Source: Octopus vulgaris (taxonomy: Eukaryota). Taken from it: a stretch of 64,000 bases of DNA. Location: the NCBI GenBank assembly GCA_951406725.2, contig OX597816.1, positions 116,684,001 to 116,748,000 on the forward strand, written 5' to 3'. The notes beneath the pieces were generated by a model, which worked only from the letters and a program-made list of their open reading frames with translations, was not told the DNA's origin and made no database searches. The position numbers and the translations under genes were made by a program. Positions 11,363 through 30,289 of the stretch are shown here, one piece after another (position 1 is the first letter of the stretch; the number at the start of each line of letters is the position of its first letter).

Positions 11363-11611
11363 TATTTATATTGTAGAAATATAACCAAATTATTGTACAT
11401 AAATTTTATCAACAAAGTCTTGTATGGATCCCAGTCAAGAACTCTTGACCTAGAGACTCACTCATTGAGAGTGTTATCTTAAGGGAATTTGTTGGGTTTT
11501 TTCTCTGGTGTTGGATAGTCTTTGGATAGTTCTGTTTGAAAATACCCCCTTCAAAAGACTATCTGGACTGAATGCTTGTTCACCTCAAAGTTAAACCCCT
11601 GCTACTTTTTT

Positions 11612-11913
11612 TTTTTATTTATGCACCCTTTTCAAGCCTAACTAGGCTCATGGGCCCGGTTTCCCGGTTTCTATGGCATATGTGTTCCCCCCAGCTGGAC
11701 AGGACACCAGTCCATCACAGCGTTACTCAAGAAACAGTAAGAAAGAGCGAGAGAAAGTTGGGGCAAAAGAGTACAACTGGAGTCGCCACCACCCACTGCC
11801 GGAGCCTCATGTTTTTGCTCAATAAACACACACAACGCCCGGTCTGGGAATTGAAACTGCGATCCTCCAACCACAAGTCCACTGCCCTAATCACTGGGCC
11901 ATTGTACCTCCAC
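11612..11913 (-). mobile_element. SINE family B variant
   Basis: Reverse complement of 13795-14118. Confidence 0.85.
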
Positions 11914-12864
11914 AGACCCCTGCTACTGCTACTCATTTTGTATTGAGTATACTGAAGCAATGTGAAATAAAGTACCATGCTCAAAGACACAATATGCCAT
12001 ATCGTTAGGGTCATGGGTCAAACATTCATGGATATTGTCAAGGATATTGGCATTCAAATTAATTACTCAATTGTTCTTTCTAGCTGTGATTATTCATTCT
12101 TTATTGTAAAGGTATATGGCATATGGCATAGTAGCAATAATGTTCAGCTCATGATTGTATGGTCACATTTTCAAATCCCAGACTAGGCAACATATTATCA
12201 TTGAGCACAACATTTCAATTCATGTTGCTACAATCCAGTTTACTGAAAAGGAGCAGCTGCAGGAGCTGGGTATTAGCCTTGCAACAGGCTGGCATCTTGT
12301 CTTGAGAGTGTTTTCAAAGTTTGAAGTAGCAGCTGCTCAAAACTTTATTTCTGCTAGAGAAAAGCCACCACTACCTTTGTTCTTCATTGGCCTCAAGATG
12401 ATGTTGGCTGTAAACATATATATATCTGACTAAAAATAAAATGAGTGAAGAGAAATAACTCAGAGATGTCAGTGGCATGAATTTGGGTAATTGACTTAAA
12501 GCATGATGTACTGAATACTTCATAGAAAAAAAAAATTCTTACTTGGTTCACATTTTTTTCATGTTTGGAGAACAGGAATAAAAACCTTGTACTAGATGTT
12601 AATGACTTTCAAAGAAATGGAAAGATAATTTCAAGAAATTTAGAACTAATTCCTCTAATTAATCTACATGCTTAGTAGAGGGTCTTTTTTTTTTCAGCCA
12701 AGAAACTACAATTGTGTCTTGACTACTAAAAGAGTTCAAGACTTCTCCTCATTGGCTCATTATTAGCATGTATTTGTTGTTGCTGTTGAGGTGAGTTCTG
12801 AGTGCACAAACCTAAAATTAAAAGCATTCCATTCATGACCATCCCATCTGTATTAAAATTTTCT

Positions 12865-13048
12865 ATGAACCAACTTCACGGCAGGAGGGGCAGATGAGGG
12901 CAGCTGCATCGAACTCTCTCATGCACCAAATAGCAGTTGCTAGAAAGCCCCCATGAAGTGAAACCAAGTAGCAACACCAAATGGCGGTGCCCCAGCATGG
13001 CCACAGCTCATAAGCTGAAACTAGAATCAATCAATCAATCAATCAATC
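12865..13048 (+). mobile_element. 3' end of an unidentified retroelement with (ATCA)n tail, sharing the SINE A tail
   Basis: GGCGGTGCCCCAGCATGGCCACAGCTCATAAGCTGAAAC then (ATCA)n; upstream sequence is unrelated to the SINE body. Confidence 0.55.
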
Positions 13049-13049
13049 A

Positions 13050-13790
13050 TTTAAGACAACGTAATTCAATGTGTTCTTCATCTTAAAAAACAGCAGGTTG
13101 TAATTTAAGTGAGAAATAGTTGCTATTTCAATATGGCGAGTGACCACACAGAGAATAAGCAATAAAATAAGCTGATGGTGATGATGCTGATGGTACTATT
13201 GGTGTTGTTATTGTTGCTGCTTAGCCTCAGGTCAGCCTCTTGATTGAGCAGATTTATAAGCAAAACATCCAAGACCATCTCTGCTTTTTTCCTCTGTTAT
13301 GTTATATATTGGATTATATTGTCCAATGTGTCCTTCATTATTTTAAACTGTAAGATAAAATATTAAGGGATATTTGGTAACTATTTCTAGCTTACAGAAT
13401 GCCACCATAGGCATCCTTGTTAATGTTAGAGGTACCAAAACTGATGATACTGTAGTTATTGTTATTGTGGTTTGTCTTTAGATAAGCCCCAGTGGAGTAA
13501 GCCCATGGTCAAAATCATTCTAGCCATAACCCTCATCCTTCTCATTCAGCTTTTTTCTTACTACATTATGCAATAAATACATTTGTATTTAAGAGGAAAA
13601 GACAGCAGAGTGGGATTCGACAAAGATTTAGTTGCTGTTTCCGGTAGTTAAGTGACCACTTTGAAACACATCAGAAGTTGTTGTTGTTTAACCCCAAGTC
13701 AATTATGATCAAGGAGACCTATGACCAAAAGCTTTCCAGTTGTTAACTTCCTAGTTTTAATTTTTGAATTCATCTAGGCCTACATTCTCC
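13050..13790 (-). repeat. Head-to-tail cluster of degenerate family D copies
   Basis: Motifs CC(C/T)CAGGTCAGCC, ATGA(T/C)CAAA..ATTCCAG and TTGCTATTTC recur about every 200-250 bp; another fragment lies near 12790-12850. Confidence 0.5.
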
Positions 13791-13794
13791 CATG

Positions 13795-14118
13795 TGTGGA
13801 AGCACAATGGCCCTGTGGTTAGGGCAGCGGACTCGTGGTCGGAGGATTGCAGTTTTGATTCCCAGACTGGGTGTTGTATGTGTTTATTGAGCAAAAACAC
13901 CTAAAGCTCCACAAGGTTCTGACAGAAGGTGGTGGCATCCCCTGTTGTACTCTTTCACCCCAACTTTCTTTCACTCTTTCTTCCTGTTTCTTGAGTAATG
14001 CTGCAATGGACTGGTGTCCCATCCATCTGGGGGGAACACATACACCATAGAAACCGGGAAACCGGGAAACCGGGCCCATGAACCTGGCTAGGCTTGAAAA
14101 GGGCGCATAAATAAAAAT
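13795..14118 (+). mobile_element. SINE family B variant
   Basis: tRNA-like head TGGCCCTGTGGTTAGGG...TTTGATTCCC, TTGAGCAAAAACACCTAAAGCTCC, tail GAAACCGGG repeats then AAATAAAAA. Confidence 0.85.
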
Positions 14119-14309
14119 AACATTATCCCATGTATCCTAATATATGACAAGACACTACAACAAAAATGGTAGCAGCAGTAACAATGATTATTACAAGAAT
14201 AACCACAAAGACAAGCAAACAAACGATGGTGATAGTGACATCAAGAACAAAACCCCAAGAAGAACAAAGTCAACAAAAGCAACAACAACACTGCCTCTGC
14301 TCTCCCTCT

Positions 14310-20050
<5,741 letters not shown>

Positions 20051-20755
20051 CACATTCCCATATCTATCTTTTTCTCATATAATTGTAGTTTCCTTGTGTT
20101 TTATTTTTTGTTTGTTTTGTCATCATTTATATTTCTAAACTGATTCCCCATAATTATTTGAAAAGGTCATGTTAACTTAAGAATTTATAAATTATTACTG
20201 AAAGCAGACAAAACAACAACAACAACATGTAAACTTATACAAATATCCCACTACTCAAAAGAAAGAAGTTAAGAAAATAAGAAAAATTAATAAAATTCTT
20301 CCTCTCTTTACTGTCATCACTCAACAAACATACATTAAAAAAATATAAAAATATAAAATAAATATGCTAAGACTTCTACACATTTGCACTTACTGTTTCG
20401 TGAATATTTTATGAGCCCCACTGATTGCCTACCCCATCTCCTTCAAAACAAGCATTGCCCTTTGCACCTTTTGATAACATGACTAAATAAGATTTAAGAA
20501 GGATCGATAGAAAGACGCCAATATTTGATGACATGGAGTTGGGGGCAGACCATTCTTTGTATTTACATTCTCACATACCGCATGAATTGAAATGCTAATT
20601 TGAAACTGGTAAAATCTAAAAGTTAAAACTCTTCTCTGTTCTAAACTCCTGACTTATCTTTTCATTTTATTCTCTCTCTCTCTCATCATACACGTTTCCC
20701 CATTAATTTTTTTCGAATTCCATGTCTCCCTTTTTTAGTATATATGTGTATTTGT

Positions 20756-20791
<36 letters not shown>

Positions 20792-21727
20792 TTTTTTACT
20801 TTACAAATAGAGAGAACTCAGTACATGCTATAGTGTATATTTAGTGATTTAAAGCTGTTGATTCACTTCATCCCCACTCAAGATTCGTTTGACAAAATAG
20901 GTTTTGTAGTTTAGCAATGGAGTGAGTCATAAGTCTCAAACAAGGAAAACAGATAAATATATGTGTGTGTGTGTATATTTGTTTGTGTGTTTAATATTGT
21001 AGATATTTGTATAATAGCTTGTAAGGATGTATGTAACATTTATAGTTATAACACATGTATAAATAATTTTATCCACTAACAATGAAGAAGAAAAGCATCA
21101 AATGCCAACACACCTTTTTATTTACTAGAATCAGTACTTAAGGATAGATCTCTTTCTCAGATTAAGATACCTTTCACACAAACTATAGAAATTTAGCTGT
21201 CTTTGAGTAGCACTCACATATAAATCTGAGCTCTCACATCTGAGTTCCCAAACAATTATATAAAACCATTCTTTAATTTCCATTCATCAAACTTAAAAAC
21301 AAATATAATCTACCAACTTGAAGGAAGCAAATGGCACTTACTCAACTAGAATAAGGCTTTTTGGCAACCTTCTCTTCCTTTTCTACCCAATCATATAAAT
21401 GTTTACTACCTTCTGCTTGCTCTTCTTTTCTTTCACTTTCACCCCCACCATCCTTTTTCTACATCTTTCTCCCCCATACATCGTTATTTTTTTAAAACTA
21501 ATTAAATAACACTGTAACTAAATTTTGATTTTTCTTTTTTTTTTCTTTTTATCTTTAGTCAGTAAGTGTTATTTTCTCTTTACTTCTAGAATTCAAAGGA
21601 ATTGACTACTATCCCCTTCAATCTTTGCTTTTGCGACCTGGACATGAGGTTTTGAAATTGACCTATTTCCCATTACATTTCAGACAGATTCAGTGCTGAG
21701 TTGCTGAAGCAGAAATATCATTATAGC

Positions 21728-21814
21728 AAAGTGTCTTCTACTATAGCCTCAGGCCAACCAAAGCCTTGTGAATGGATTTGGTAGATGGAAACTGAAAGAA
21801 GACCGTCGTATATA

Positions 21815-21876
<62 letters not shown>

Positions 21877-22089
21877 CGTGTATATGTTTGTGTTTGTGTT
21901 TGTCCTCCCCCCCCCCAACATCGCTGGTGTGTTTACGTCCCCGTCACTTAGCAGTTCAGCAAAAGAAACCGATAGAATAAGTACTGGGTTTACAAAGAAT
22001 AAGTCCTGGGGTCGATTTGCTTGACTAAAGGCGGTGCTCCAGCATGGCCGCAGTCAAATGACTGAAACAAGTAAAAGAGTAAAAGAGTA
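21728..22089 (+). mobile_element. SINE family A (5'-truncated)
   Basis: Well preserved body and tail ...CAGTCAAATGACTGAAACAAGTAAAAGAGTAAAAGAGTA. Confidence 0.85.
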
Positions 22090-22397
22090 ATCCTTCAAGT
22101 AATGTTTTACTGCATTTATATATAGCTATACATAAAAATCAAACAATAATATACATCAATATATAAAGGACATTTGTCTTCTCAAGAGAATGTCATGATT
22201 CTGCTGCATAGAGCTTTTAAAATATGTGCTAGTTCATGATTTGCTTTTCTGTATACTGACAACATTGCCTCAGTATTGCACCTACTTGCATAATATGCAT
22301 TGTTATATTAGCTAATCATTGATAATCTGTAACAGCTGTAAAGATACGACTGCATTGCATCATGTAAATTATATATGCAAGGTTCTAATCTCTGATG

Positions 22398-22927
22398 CAA
22401 TCTGGTGGGATTGCAAAGGAGTAATTTACTTTGAATTGTTATCACCTAATGCAAAAATCAATGCTCAAGTCTACTGTCAGCAATTAGAGTGTTTGAACCA
22501 AGCTTTGAAGAAAAAAAGACCTGCTTTAGTGAATCGAAAAAAAGTGATGTTTCATCAGGTCAATGCGCTACCCCACACTGCAAAGATCACATCACAGAAG
22601 ATCAAAGAGCTTGGTTGGGAACAAATTCCTCATCCACCTTATTCTCCCGACCTTGCTTCTTCAGACTACTTGTTTTATAGTTTACAGAATCATTTGGGGG
22701 ACATAACTTTTGCAAGCCAGGAGGAGGTCGAAACTGACACTTCAGAGTTCTTCGCTTTGAAGCCAAAAGAGTTTTACATTGATGTGATTAAAAAGCTTGT
22801 AAATAGATGGAAGAAAGTCATAGATAATCAGGGAAAGTACATTGATGATTAAAATTCAATTAAATATAACATTTGATCAATTGTTTTCTTTATTCAAAAT
22901 TCGGACAGAACTTATGGGATGACCTGA
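22398..22927 (+). mobile_element. Mariner (DD34D) transposon 3' half: transposase C-terminus plus right TIR
   Basis: IWWDCKGVIYFELL, HQVNALPH (catalytic D replaced by V), HPPYSPDLASSDY with 34-residue spacing; stop at 22852; TIR-like end ...AACTTATGGGATGACCTGA|TA. Confidence 0.9.
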
Positions 22928-23666
22928 TATTTTCCATTCTTTTCGAGCATCAAACTAATTCACCAACTTGTTGTTCCCTCACCTGTATGTGTGTATGTGT
23001 GCGTGTGTGTGTGTGTGTGCACATGTGTGTGTGTTCCATCTTTCTTTTATCTATGATCATTTCATCCCTACGCTCTTTCCTTTGTTTTACTTGTACCTTG
23101 TCACTCTGAATCTCACAACCTTTTTTCCTATTGCGCTTTCCACTTCATCATCACAAATTGCCCCTCTTCTTCCATCTTTTCATTCATATTTCTATGCTTT
23201 TAAATATAGGTTTATTGCAATAAAATTCACATATTGTCATTCCTCTTTCTAAAGAAAAACTTACAACTTAACTCTTACCTATTTACTTAATGCACATTAT
23301 TACATTACCCCTGAATTTTTGAAACAGCTGTAAAGATATTTCAAATACATATTTTTCTCAAATGTATCCATGGTTGCATTTCCGTAACATCTCTTATAAA
23401 TAATATAAATGATATAACATCATATATACACGCTTGTTCGAATTTTCCTTTACACACACACATAATGTATACATGCTTAATTTTGTGGCATGCACATACA
23501 TTCAATGAATTTTTATACTTGCACATAAACACTCCTCTCTCTTTCAGTCTACCTATCAATTTCTCTTTCTATTGCCCTCTCCCCTTCACAACACACACAC
23601 ACACACATACACATGCATTTGTAGGTATATACATAAATACACGAACATGTATACATATATACAAGC

Positions 23667-23779
<113 letters not shown>

Positions 23780-24759
23780 TATGCATGAGTGAATATATCA
23801 GTATTAACTCAAGGATACTCATTCATGTACACACACACATACATTGTGAAAAAGTTTTAAGTTAAAGCTATGTTCATCAAGAGAATGAATTTGATTAGAA
23901 GGAATTCCAACAACAAAGACTGGCAAAGTAAAATTAAGCAGATTGTGGTGAAGCAGCTTGAGAAGACGAACTCTAACATAAGAGATCAGCTATCAAATCA
24001 TTGGAGTTTGCTAACTAGTGCTAAGAAACAATTTACCCAGGGGCTAAACACTGGTAGGATTCTAATATAAAATTGATGGGAATAAACACATGAGGGCAAG
24101 ACCCAAGTATTAATATTTTTCTGCTGAAGGCAATTCAATTTTCCAGTAAAGTAAGAGAGCAATTATAATAGAATTTGGGTCCAAACATCTCAGAAATGCT
24201 ATTTAAACCACAAATAAGAAGAGATGAGCAAAGAGCAAAAATTTATCTTAATGTTGGGATATGAGGATTTATTTCAATATGGTTTAATACTGAAGATCAT
24301 ATATCTGTTTATTTATTTTTAAGTATTTTTCCTTTTCTTCTTTCTTCTTTTATGTGTTGTGTGTTTTGTTTTCTTTTTCGTTTTCTTTTTTTCCTCTGCA
24401 GGCATAGAGAGAGTAAATTTATTGCTAATTAGCTTCTGTGAGTGTTTTCATGCCTAATCAGTTTCGTACTAAACTATAAAGTCAAGCTAGTCTTGTAAAA
24501 ATATTCTCAAAGTTTATATTGGGTAAAGGTAGATACTACATATAAATACTGGATTGCCACCTGCAGATTTCTGGCTGCTTAATTGGTTAAATTGTCAGGG
24601 ATTTTAATGAAATTCTTTCGACCTTAGATCTAACAGCAATCAGGACATTGGTAAAAAAATTCTTTCTGTTTGTCTGTCTGTCTCTCAGTGTCTCTGTCAC
24701 TCTCTCTCTCTCTTTCTCATGATTTTCACTGATGCACACAGAAGTAATAAAATAATGAC

Positions 24760-24819
<60 letters not shown>

Positions 24820-25247
24820 GTCGGCGGCGGCGGCGGTGGTGGTGGTGGGGGGTTGTCATCTTCGTCATGGTGATGATGCTGCTACTGGTAAAATAGGTGT
24901 GCTTGTTATGTTGCTGTGATGATTGCAGTGTGACGTTGGTTGTATTGCAGTGTTGGTTTTACTAGGATGGTGATTACTAGAGATTTAGTGTTATAAAGAA
25001 AGGATAGAGGAAAGAGACAATGTAATCCTAGAAACACTGTGACTGAAAAGTAGATAAGATAGTCATAATAATATATGCAATGTAACGGGTATGGCAATCA
25101 ACCACAGAAAAAGATGAACATAAACTATACACTGAGTTTTTTCAAAAACCAATACATATGCATATGTACGTATGTTCACATCGTGTATATATATATGGAT
25201 AAATAAAACTAACCTGTTCACATAAAAAATTAAATATATGCAAGCAT

Positions 25248-25398
25248 ACCTGTGTGGAAAGAAGATTGTTTCCCAACCACATGGTTCTGGGTTCAGTCTC
25301 ACTGCATGGCACTTTGGATAAGTGTCTTCTACTATAGTCTCAGACCTACCAAAGCCTTGTGAGTGGATTTGGTAGACGGAAGCTGAATGAAGCCCGTC

Positions 25399-25467
<69 letters not shown>

Positions 25468-25510
25468 CATACATATATATAACAAAAGAGGGGGTGTATT
25501 TCCACGCAGG

Positions 25511-25564
<54 letters not shown>

Positions 25565-26116
25565 GTATATGGTAATGTTTATATGCCAACAGAATGTGGC
25601 TATCGACACATAGTTTGTATCTGTATAGCATTTGCAAGGACGGATAACATTCAGAAACCTAAGTCTGTGAGTATCATGTAAGGCTAGAGATGGGATCGAT
25701 TACCTCCCTTACAAATGCTATACGGACACAAACTGTTTGTCGATAGCCAACTGGGAAAGATGTTTCCATGGAGCTAAAACAACAATAACATCGTCCTTTA
25801 TAGAGCTGCCACATTCTGTTGGCATATAAACATAACTAACCGGTACTGTTACTGTATATCTCTCGAAACAAGTTGTTTTTCTCTACATATATATGCATCT
25901 ATGTATCTGTGTGTGTATCGTTGTGTTTGTCTCCCACCACCGCTTGATAACACTGTTGGTGTGTTTACGTCCCTGTAACGTAGCGGTTCGACATAAGAGA
26001 CGGATAGAATAAGAACTAGGCTTAAAAAATAAGTCTTGGGTCGATTTGTTCGACTAAGACCCTTCAAGATGTTGCCCCAGCGTAGCCGGGGTCAAATGAC
26101 TGAAACAAATAAAAGA
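25248..26116 (+). mobile_element. SINE family A head (25248-25400) and tail (25885-26116), separated by microsatellite and a foldback insert
   Basis: Both halves match family A in the correct order and orientation. Confidence 0.65.
25575..25833. mobile_element. Foldback/MITE-like element with long inverted repeats
   Basis: 26-bp perfect IR (25575-25600 / 25808-25833) plus a ~43-bp imperfect inner IR (25598-25640 / 25706-25748). Confidence 0.75.
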
Positions 26117-26118
26117 TA

Positions 26119-26150
26119 CGAGGTGCGTTCAAAAAGCATCTGACTAAAAA
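26119..26150 (+). mobile_element. Mariner-like left TIR
   Basis: TA|CGAGGTGCGTTCAAAAAG resembles the mariner end TA|CGAGTGGGTACCCAAAAG at 42415. Confidence 0.5.
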
Positions 26151-26159
26151 AGCAGTTCC

Positions 26160-28130
26160 TACGGGCAAAATCACGAGTTGTCGTGACGAGTGTTGATGAA
26201 GGGAACAGTGCTTTTGAAGGTGGTGATTTCGTGGACGCTGTGCTTGTAGTTTTGTTGCGGTGTGTATTGGATGGGAATGTTTGGTTCTGGAGTGAGTACC
26301 TCAGAAAAAGCACGCCTCACTCTGTCGGTAGAAACAGTGTTTCTTTTCTAACATGGTGAAGAGTTTGTCTGCTTGTGCAAGGACACGATAAGGTCCTTTA
26401 TATGGTTGTATGAAAGGACCTCTCACAGAATCGTCCTAAAGGAACACATGAGTCCAAGTAGCAATGTCTGCTGCTGGAACAGCAATAGGAACTGTCTGGT
26501 GTCGAAAAAACATCGGTGGAAGATCTGCGAAGTAAGTTTGCAGTCTATGTACATAAGATGCAGGATCTTGAGTCGATAAGTCCATAAGTGCCAACATGTT
26601 GCCTGGTAGACATAATGGGAAACCGTAGAGAAGTTCAGCAGGAGAGTATCCTAAATTCTCTTTCACTGATGAGCGACAACCCAATAGAACAACAGGCAGG
26701 TATTCATCCATCGATGAGGATCCGGAAAGGCACATAATGACGTGTTTACTTGACGGTGGTACCGTTCCACCATGCCATTCGAGGTTGAATGATAACTAGT
26801 CGTCCGGATATGGCGAACTCCTAAGATGCTTGAAAGTTGTTGTAAAAGCTGGGATTTGAATTGCCTCTTGCTGTCAGTAGTAACCCTCAATGCATAGCCA
26901 AAATGTGAAATCCAACCTGATTTTGCGTCACTGATTCTGCGCTGATATCCACCAGAAGGATGGTTTCAGGCCAACATGAAAAGCGGTAGATACAGATAAG
27001 TATATAAGTGGATTGGCGACTAACAGGCCAATGACCAACCAAGTCAATATGGATGTGTTGGAAACGAGCATCTGGAATTTCGTAGGTACCGAGAGGTGCA
27101 CGAACAAGTCTGTGTACTTTAGAGCGCCGGCATTACAGACAAGAATGCGACCAATCAGTAATATTCCGTCGCATATTCGGCCACAAAAAAATGAGCCGTA
27201 ATAAGCTTTACTGAAGCAGCTACGCCAGGATGCGACAAGGTGTGCAAAGCGTTAAAAACAATTTGACGATGATATTCAGGAATGAAAGGATGAGGCGAAC
27301 CCGTAGAAACATCACATAAAATATTTCGGTCAGTAGTTGACACAGGCAGCTGCTTGAATTTACAATTTGCAAGCTCAGCACACGAAGTGCCCAATGAAGC
27401 CAAAGAAGGTTGGTCAGCAGCTAATGCGATCAAATCAATCGAATAAGTAGACAACAACGAACAGACTGGTAGACGCAATAAATCATCAGCAACTACATTA
27501 CGGAAGCCGGAGATATGATGGATATCGCTAGAAAATTGCGAGATAAAATCAAGATGTCGTGTCTCTCTAAGAAAGTATTTATCCGACTTTGAATGCAAGG
27601 CGAAAGTAAGAGGTTTATGATCTGTAAATATAGTGAAATCTCTTCCCTCGAGAAAATGACAGAAGTGTTTGACAGCTAGGTAAATCGCTAACAATTTTCT
27701 GCTGAAAGTGCTATAGCGTGTTTCGACTGGCTTGAGCTGGCGAGAAAAGAATGCCAAAGTTTGCAGATTTCCTTGATGAGATTGCTGCAAAATAGCACCA
27801 ACAGCTGAATCAGATGCATCAACGGCAAGCGAAAGCTTTAGCATCAGATTTAGGGTATGCCAATAACGATACTTTAGCAAGCTTACTTTTGACAGTCTGA
27901 AAAATCTCGATAAGTGACGGTGAAAGGAAGATAACCTCGTTCTTTTTCTTGCGGTCCTTCAAGAGACTGTGCAGTGTGAGATAAAACGCTGGTAAAAATT
28001 TACCAATCCCAGGAAATGGCGAAGCTGCTTTAGAGAAGTTGGAACAGGAAGGTTCTGAATAGCTTGTACCTTCAATGGAAGGGGTTGAATATCGTCGCGA
28101 TCAATGATGTGACCCAAAAATTTCAAAACG
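26160..28130 (-). pseudogene. Ty3/Gypsy pol remnant (RT end, RNase H, integrase)
   Basis: KFLGHIID..IQPLP.KVQAI..LRHFLGLVNFY; LAVDASDSAVGAILQQ; IFTDHKPL; LHTLSHPG; RTTSYHSTSNGMVERYHRQ; SPAELLYG; several frameshifts; no LTR seen. Confidence 0.9.
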
Positions 28131-28139
28131 CAAAATTCT

Positions 28140-28380
28140 AAAAGTGCAGCAGGCTGATCACATCATAAGAAAATCTGACATTATTTGAGGTATATCCAAT
28201 TGGTTTCCTTAAACGTTTCCTATGCCAGGAAGAGTGTTGGTTCATCACTTTGAACCAGAGATAAAGAGACGATCCAAATAGTGGAAACACCCCTCCTCAC
28301 CTGCTCCAAAACAGGCCAAGGTCGTTTCATCTGCAGGGAAGGTGATGGCCTCAGTTGTTTGAGATAAGATGCAAGAGGCA
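28140..28380 (+). mobile_element. Mariner transposase internal fragment
   Basis: ENLTLFE...FLKRFLCQEECWVHHFEPEIKRRSK*WKHPSSPAPKQAKVVSSAGKVMASV. Confidence 0.8.
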
Positions 28381-28413
28381 ACTCTTGAAAGTTTATAAAA
28401 TCCTTATGACATC

Positions 28414-28450
<37 letters not shown>

Positions 28451-29084
28451 AGAGAGAGAGAGAGAGAGAGAGATGTAATTCTGAGTTCTTTGGGAAAGTT
28501 CTAAGATCTATTTGCATCTTTCATTTGCCTTACATTTTGATCTCTTAAAAATTTGGATGCAAATTTTCTTTTGACTAACAGGTTGAACAGAATGATGACA
28601 GTATTAGTTAATGAGGAAGACTGTATACAAACTCTTGACCAGTTAAAAATAGTAGCCAAATCTAATTTGAATTACACCCTATTGTCTTTAAAAAGATGAC
28701 CATTTCCATCATTTAGGTATGATATGTCTGAAAATAAGACAATATGGCCACGTGGTATACCTTTGACCACAGAACTGATCCAATGCATTCAAGGTGTCTC
28801 TTGTTGACTATAAGATGTCAGCAAGAGATACAAGCAATAGCAACAAAACTTCAACTATGACTGCAATTACAACCAAATATAAAATAGGCCAACAAAGAGC
28901 CTCAACATAGTCAGCCAATGTGCTAGAAATGAGAGCCAAATCCTTCTTCAAATCACACAGTCTCTTTCAAAATGCGATAATTAATAAGAGACATTGAGTA
29001 CAATTACATGTATAAGAACATCAGCAATGTGTTCAACAACAATGTTGAGAAACTTCTCATATATTAAATGTTTATCAAAGTATA

Positions 29085-29485
29085 GGCTTAAGAGTGGCTG
29101 TGTGGTAAGTAACTTGCTTACCAACCACATGGTTCCGGGTTCAGTCCCATTGCATGGCACCTTAGGCAAGTGTCTTCTACTATAGCCTTGAGCTGACCAG
29201 AGCCTTGTGAATGGATTTGGCAGACGGAAACTGAAAGAAGCCTGTCGTATATATGTATATGTATATATATGTGTGTGTATGTGTGTGTGTCTGTGTTTGT
29301 CCCCCCAACATCTCTTGACAACCGATGCTGGTGTGTTTATGCCCCCGTAACTTAATGGTTCAGCAAAAGACACTGATAGAATAAGTACTAGGCTTACAAA
29401 GAATAAGTCCTGGGGTCGATTTGCTCGACTAAAGGCGGTACTCCAGCATGGCCACAGTCAAATGATTGAAACAAGTAAAAGAGTA
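29085..29485 (+). mobile_element. SINE family A, full length
   Basis: GAGTGGCTGTGTGGTAAG (A box), GGGTTCAGTCCC (B box), body, internal microsatellite and tail. Confidence 0.88.
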
Positions 29486-29639
29486 ATAGACATAAAGAAA
29501 AAAGATGGACTGAGAGAAATAAATAAAAAGAAAAACAAGAGAGAACAAGCTTTGAAGGAGAAAAGATTGAGTAAGAGTAGGCCAAATTGAGAGGGAGGGA
29601 GAGAAAAAGAGACAGAGGTATTGAGAAATGAGATCAGCA

Positions 29640-29689
<50 letters not shown>

Positions 29690-30221
29690 TAATACTGCAT
29701 TGTGCCAGTCTCTGCTTGACTTCTTGTTTCTACAATAAGTAATCTATTTGTATGTTGTTATCAAGGCTATTTGAAAATCGCAGGAAAATGTTTTGTATTA
29801 ACATGTATTATAGGGAAATGATGTCAGGTATCTCACCGGATGAAATAGTAAATAAAAGTTAATGCTTACACAGAGATTTTTTTTGCTTGATTTCTCTTTT
29901 TTATGTTTGTTTGTTTTTAAGCTTGTCCTTTAGTTTTACATCCGTTTCATGCTGTGAAATGCAGCTTGTCCTGTGCTGTGTATCTGCTATGGTGTTGAGA
30001 AGCATGTATGTATGTATGTGTTATGTTGTTTGTTTTCTTGTGTGTGTGTGTATGTGTGTGTGGTGTTTAATATACTAAGTTTTGGTTCCTATTCAGTTCT
30101 GCTCAAGCTGGTCTCATGTACAGGTATAGCCTAAGAAATGAAGAATTTGATAAGCATTTTTAACCTGATCCAACTTTTTTGTCATCTGCGTGTGTGTGTG
30201 TGTATGTGTGTGTGTGTGTGT

Positions 30222-30289
<68 letters not shown>

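Noticed and set aside
20440-20615. Unique-looking block as a coding exon
   Set aside because: Only short open frames, no convincing splice-site pair and no recognisable motif.
22319-22852. Domesticated SETMAR-like gene
   Set aside because: No SET domain, second catalytic Asp mutated, followed by a TIR; an ordinary mariner relic.
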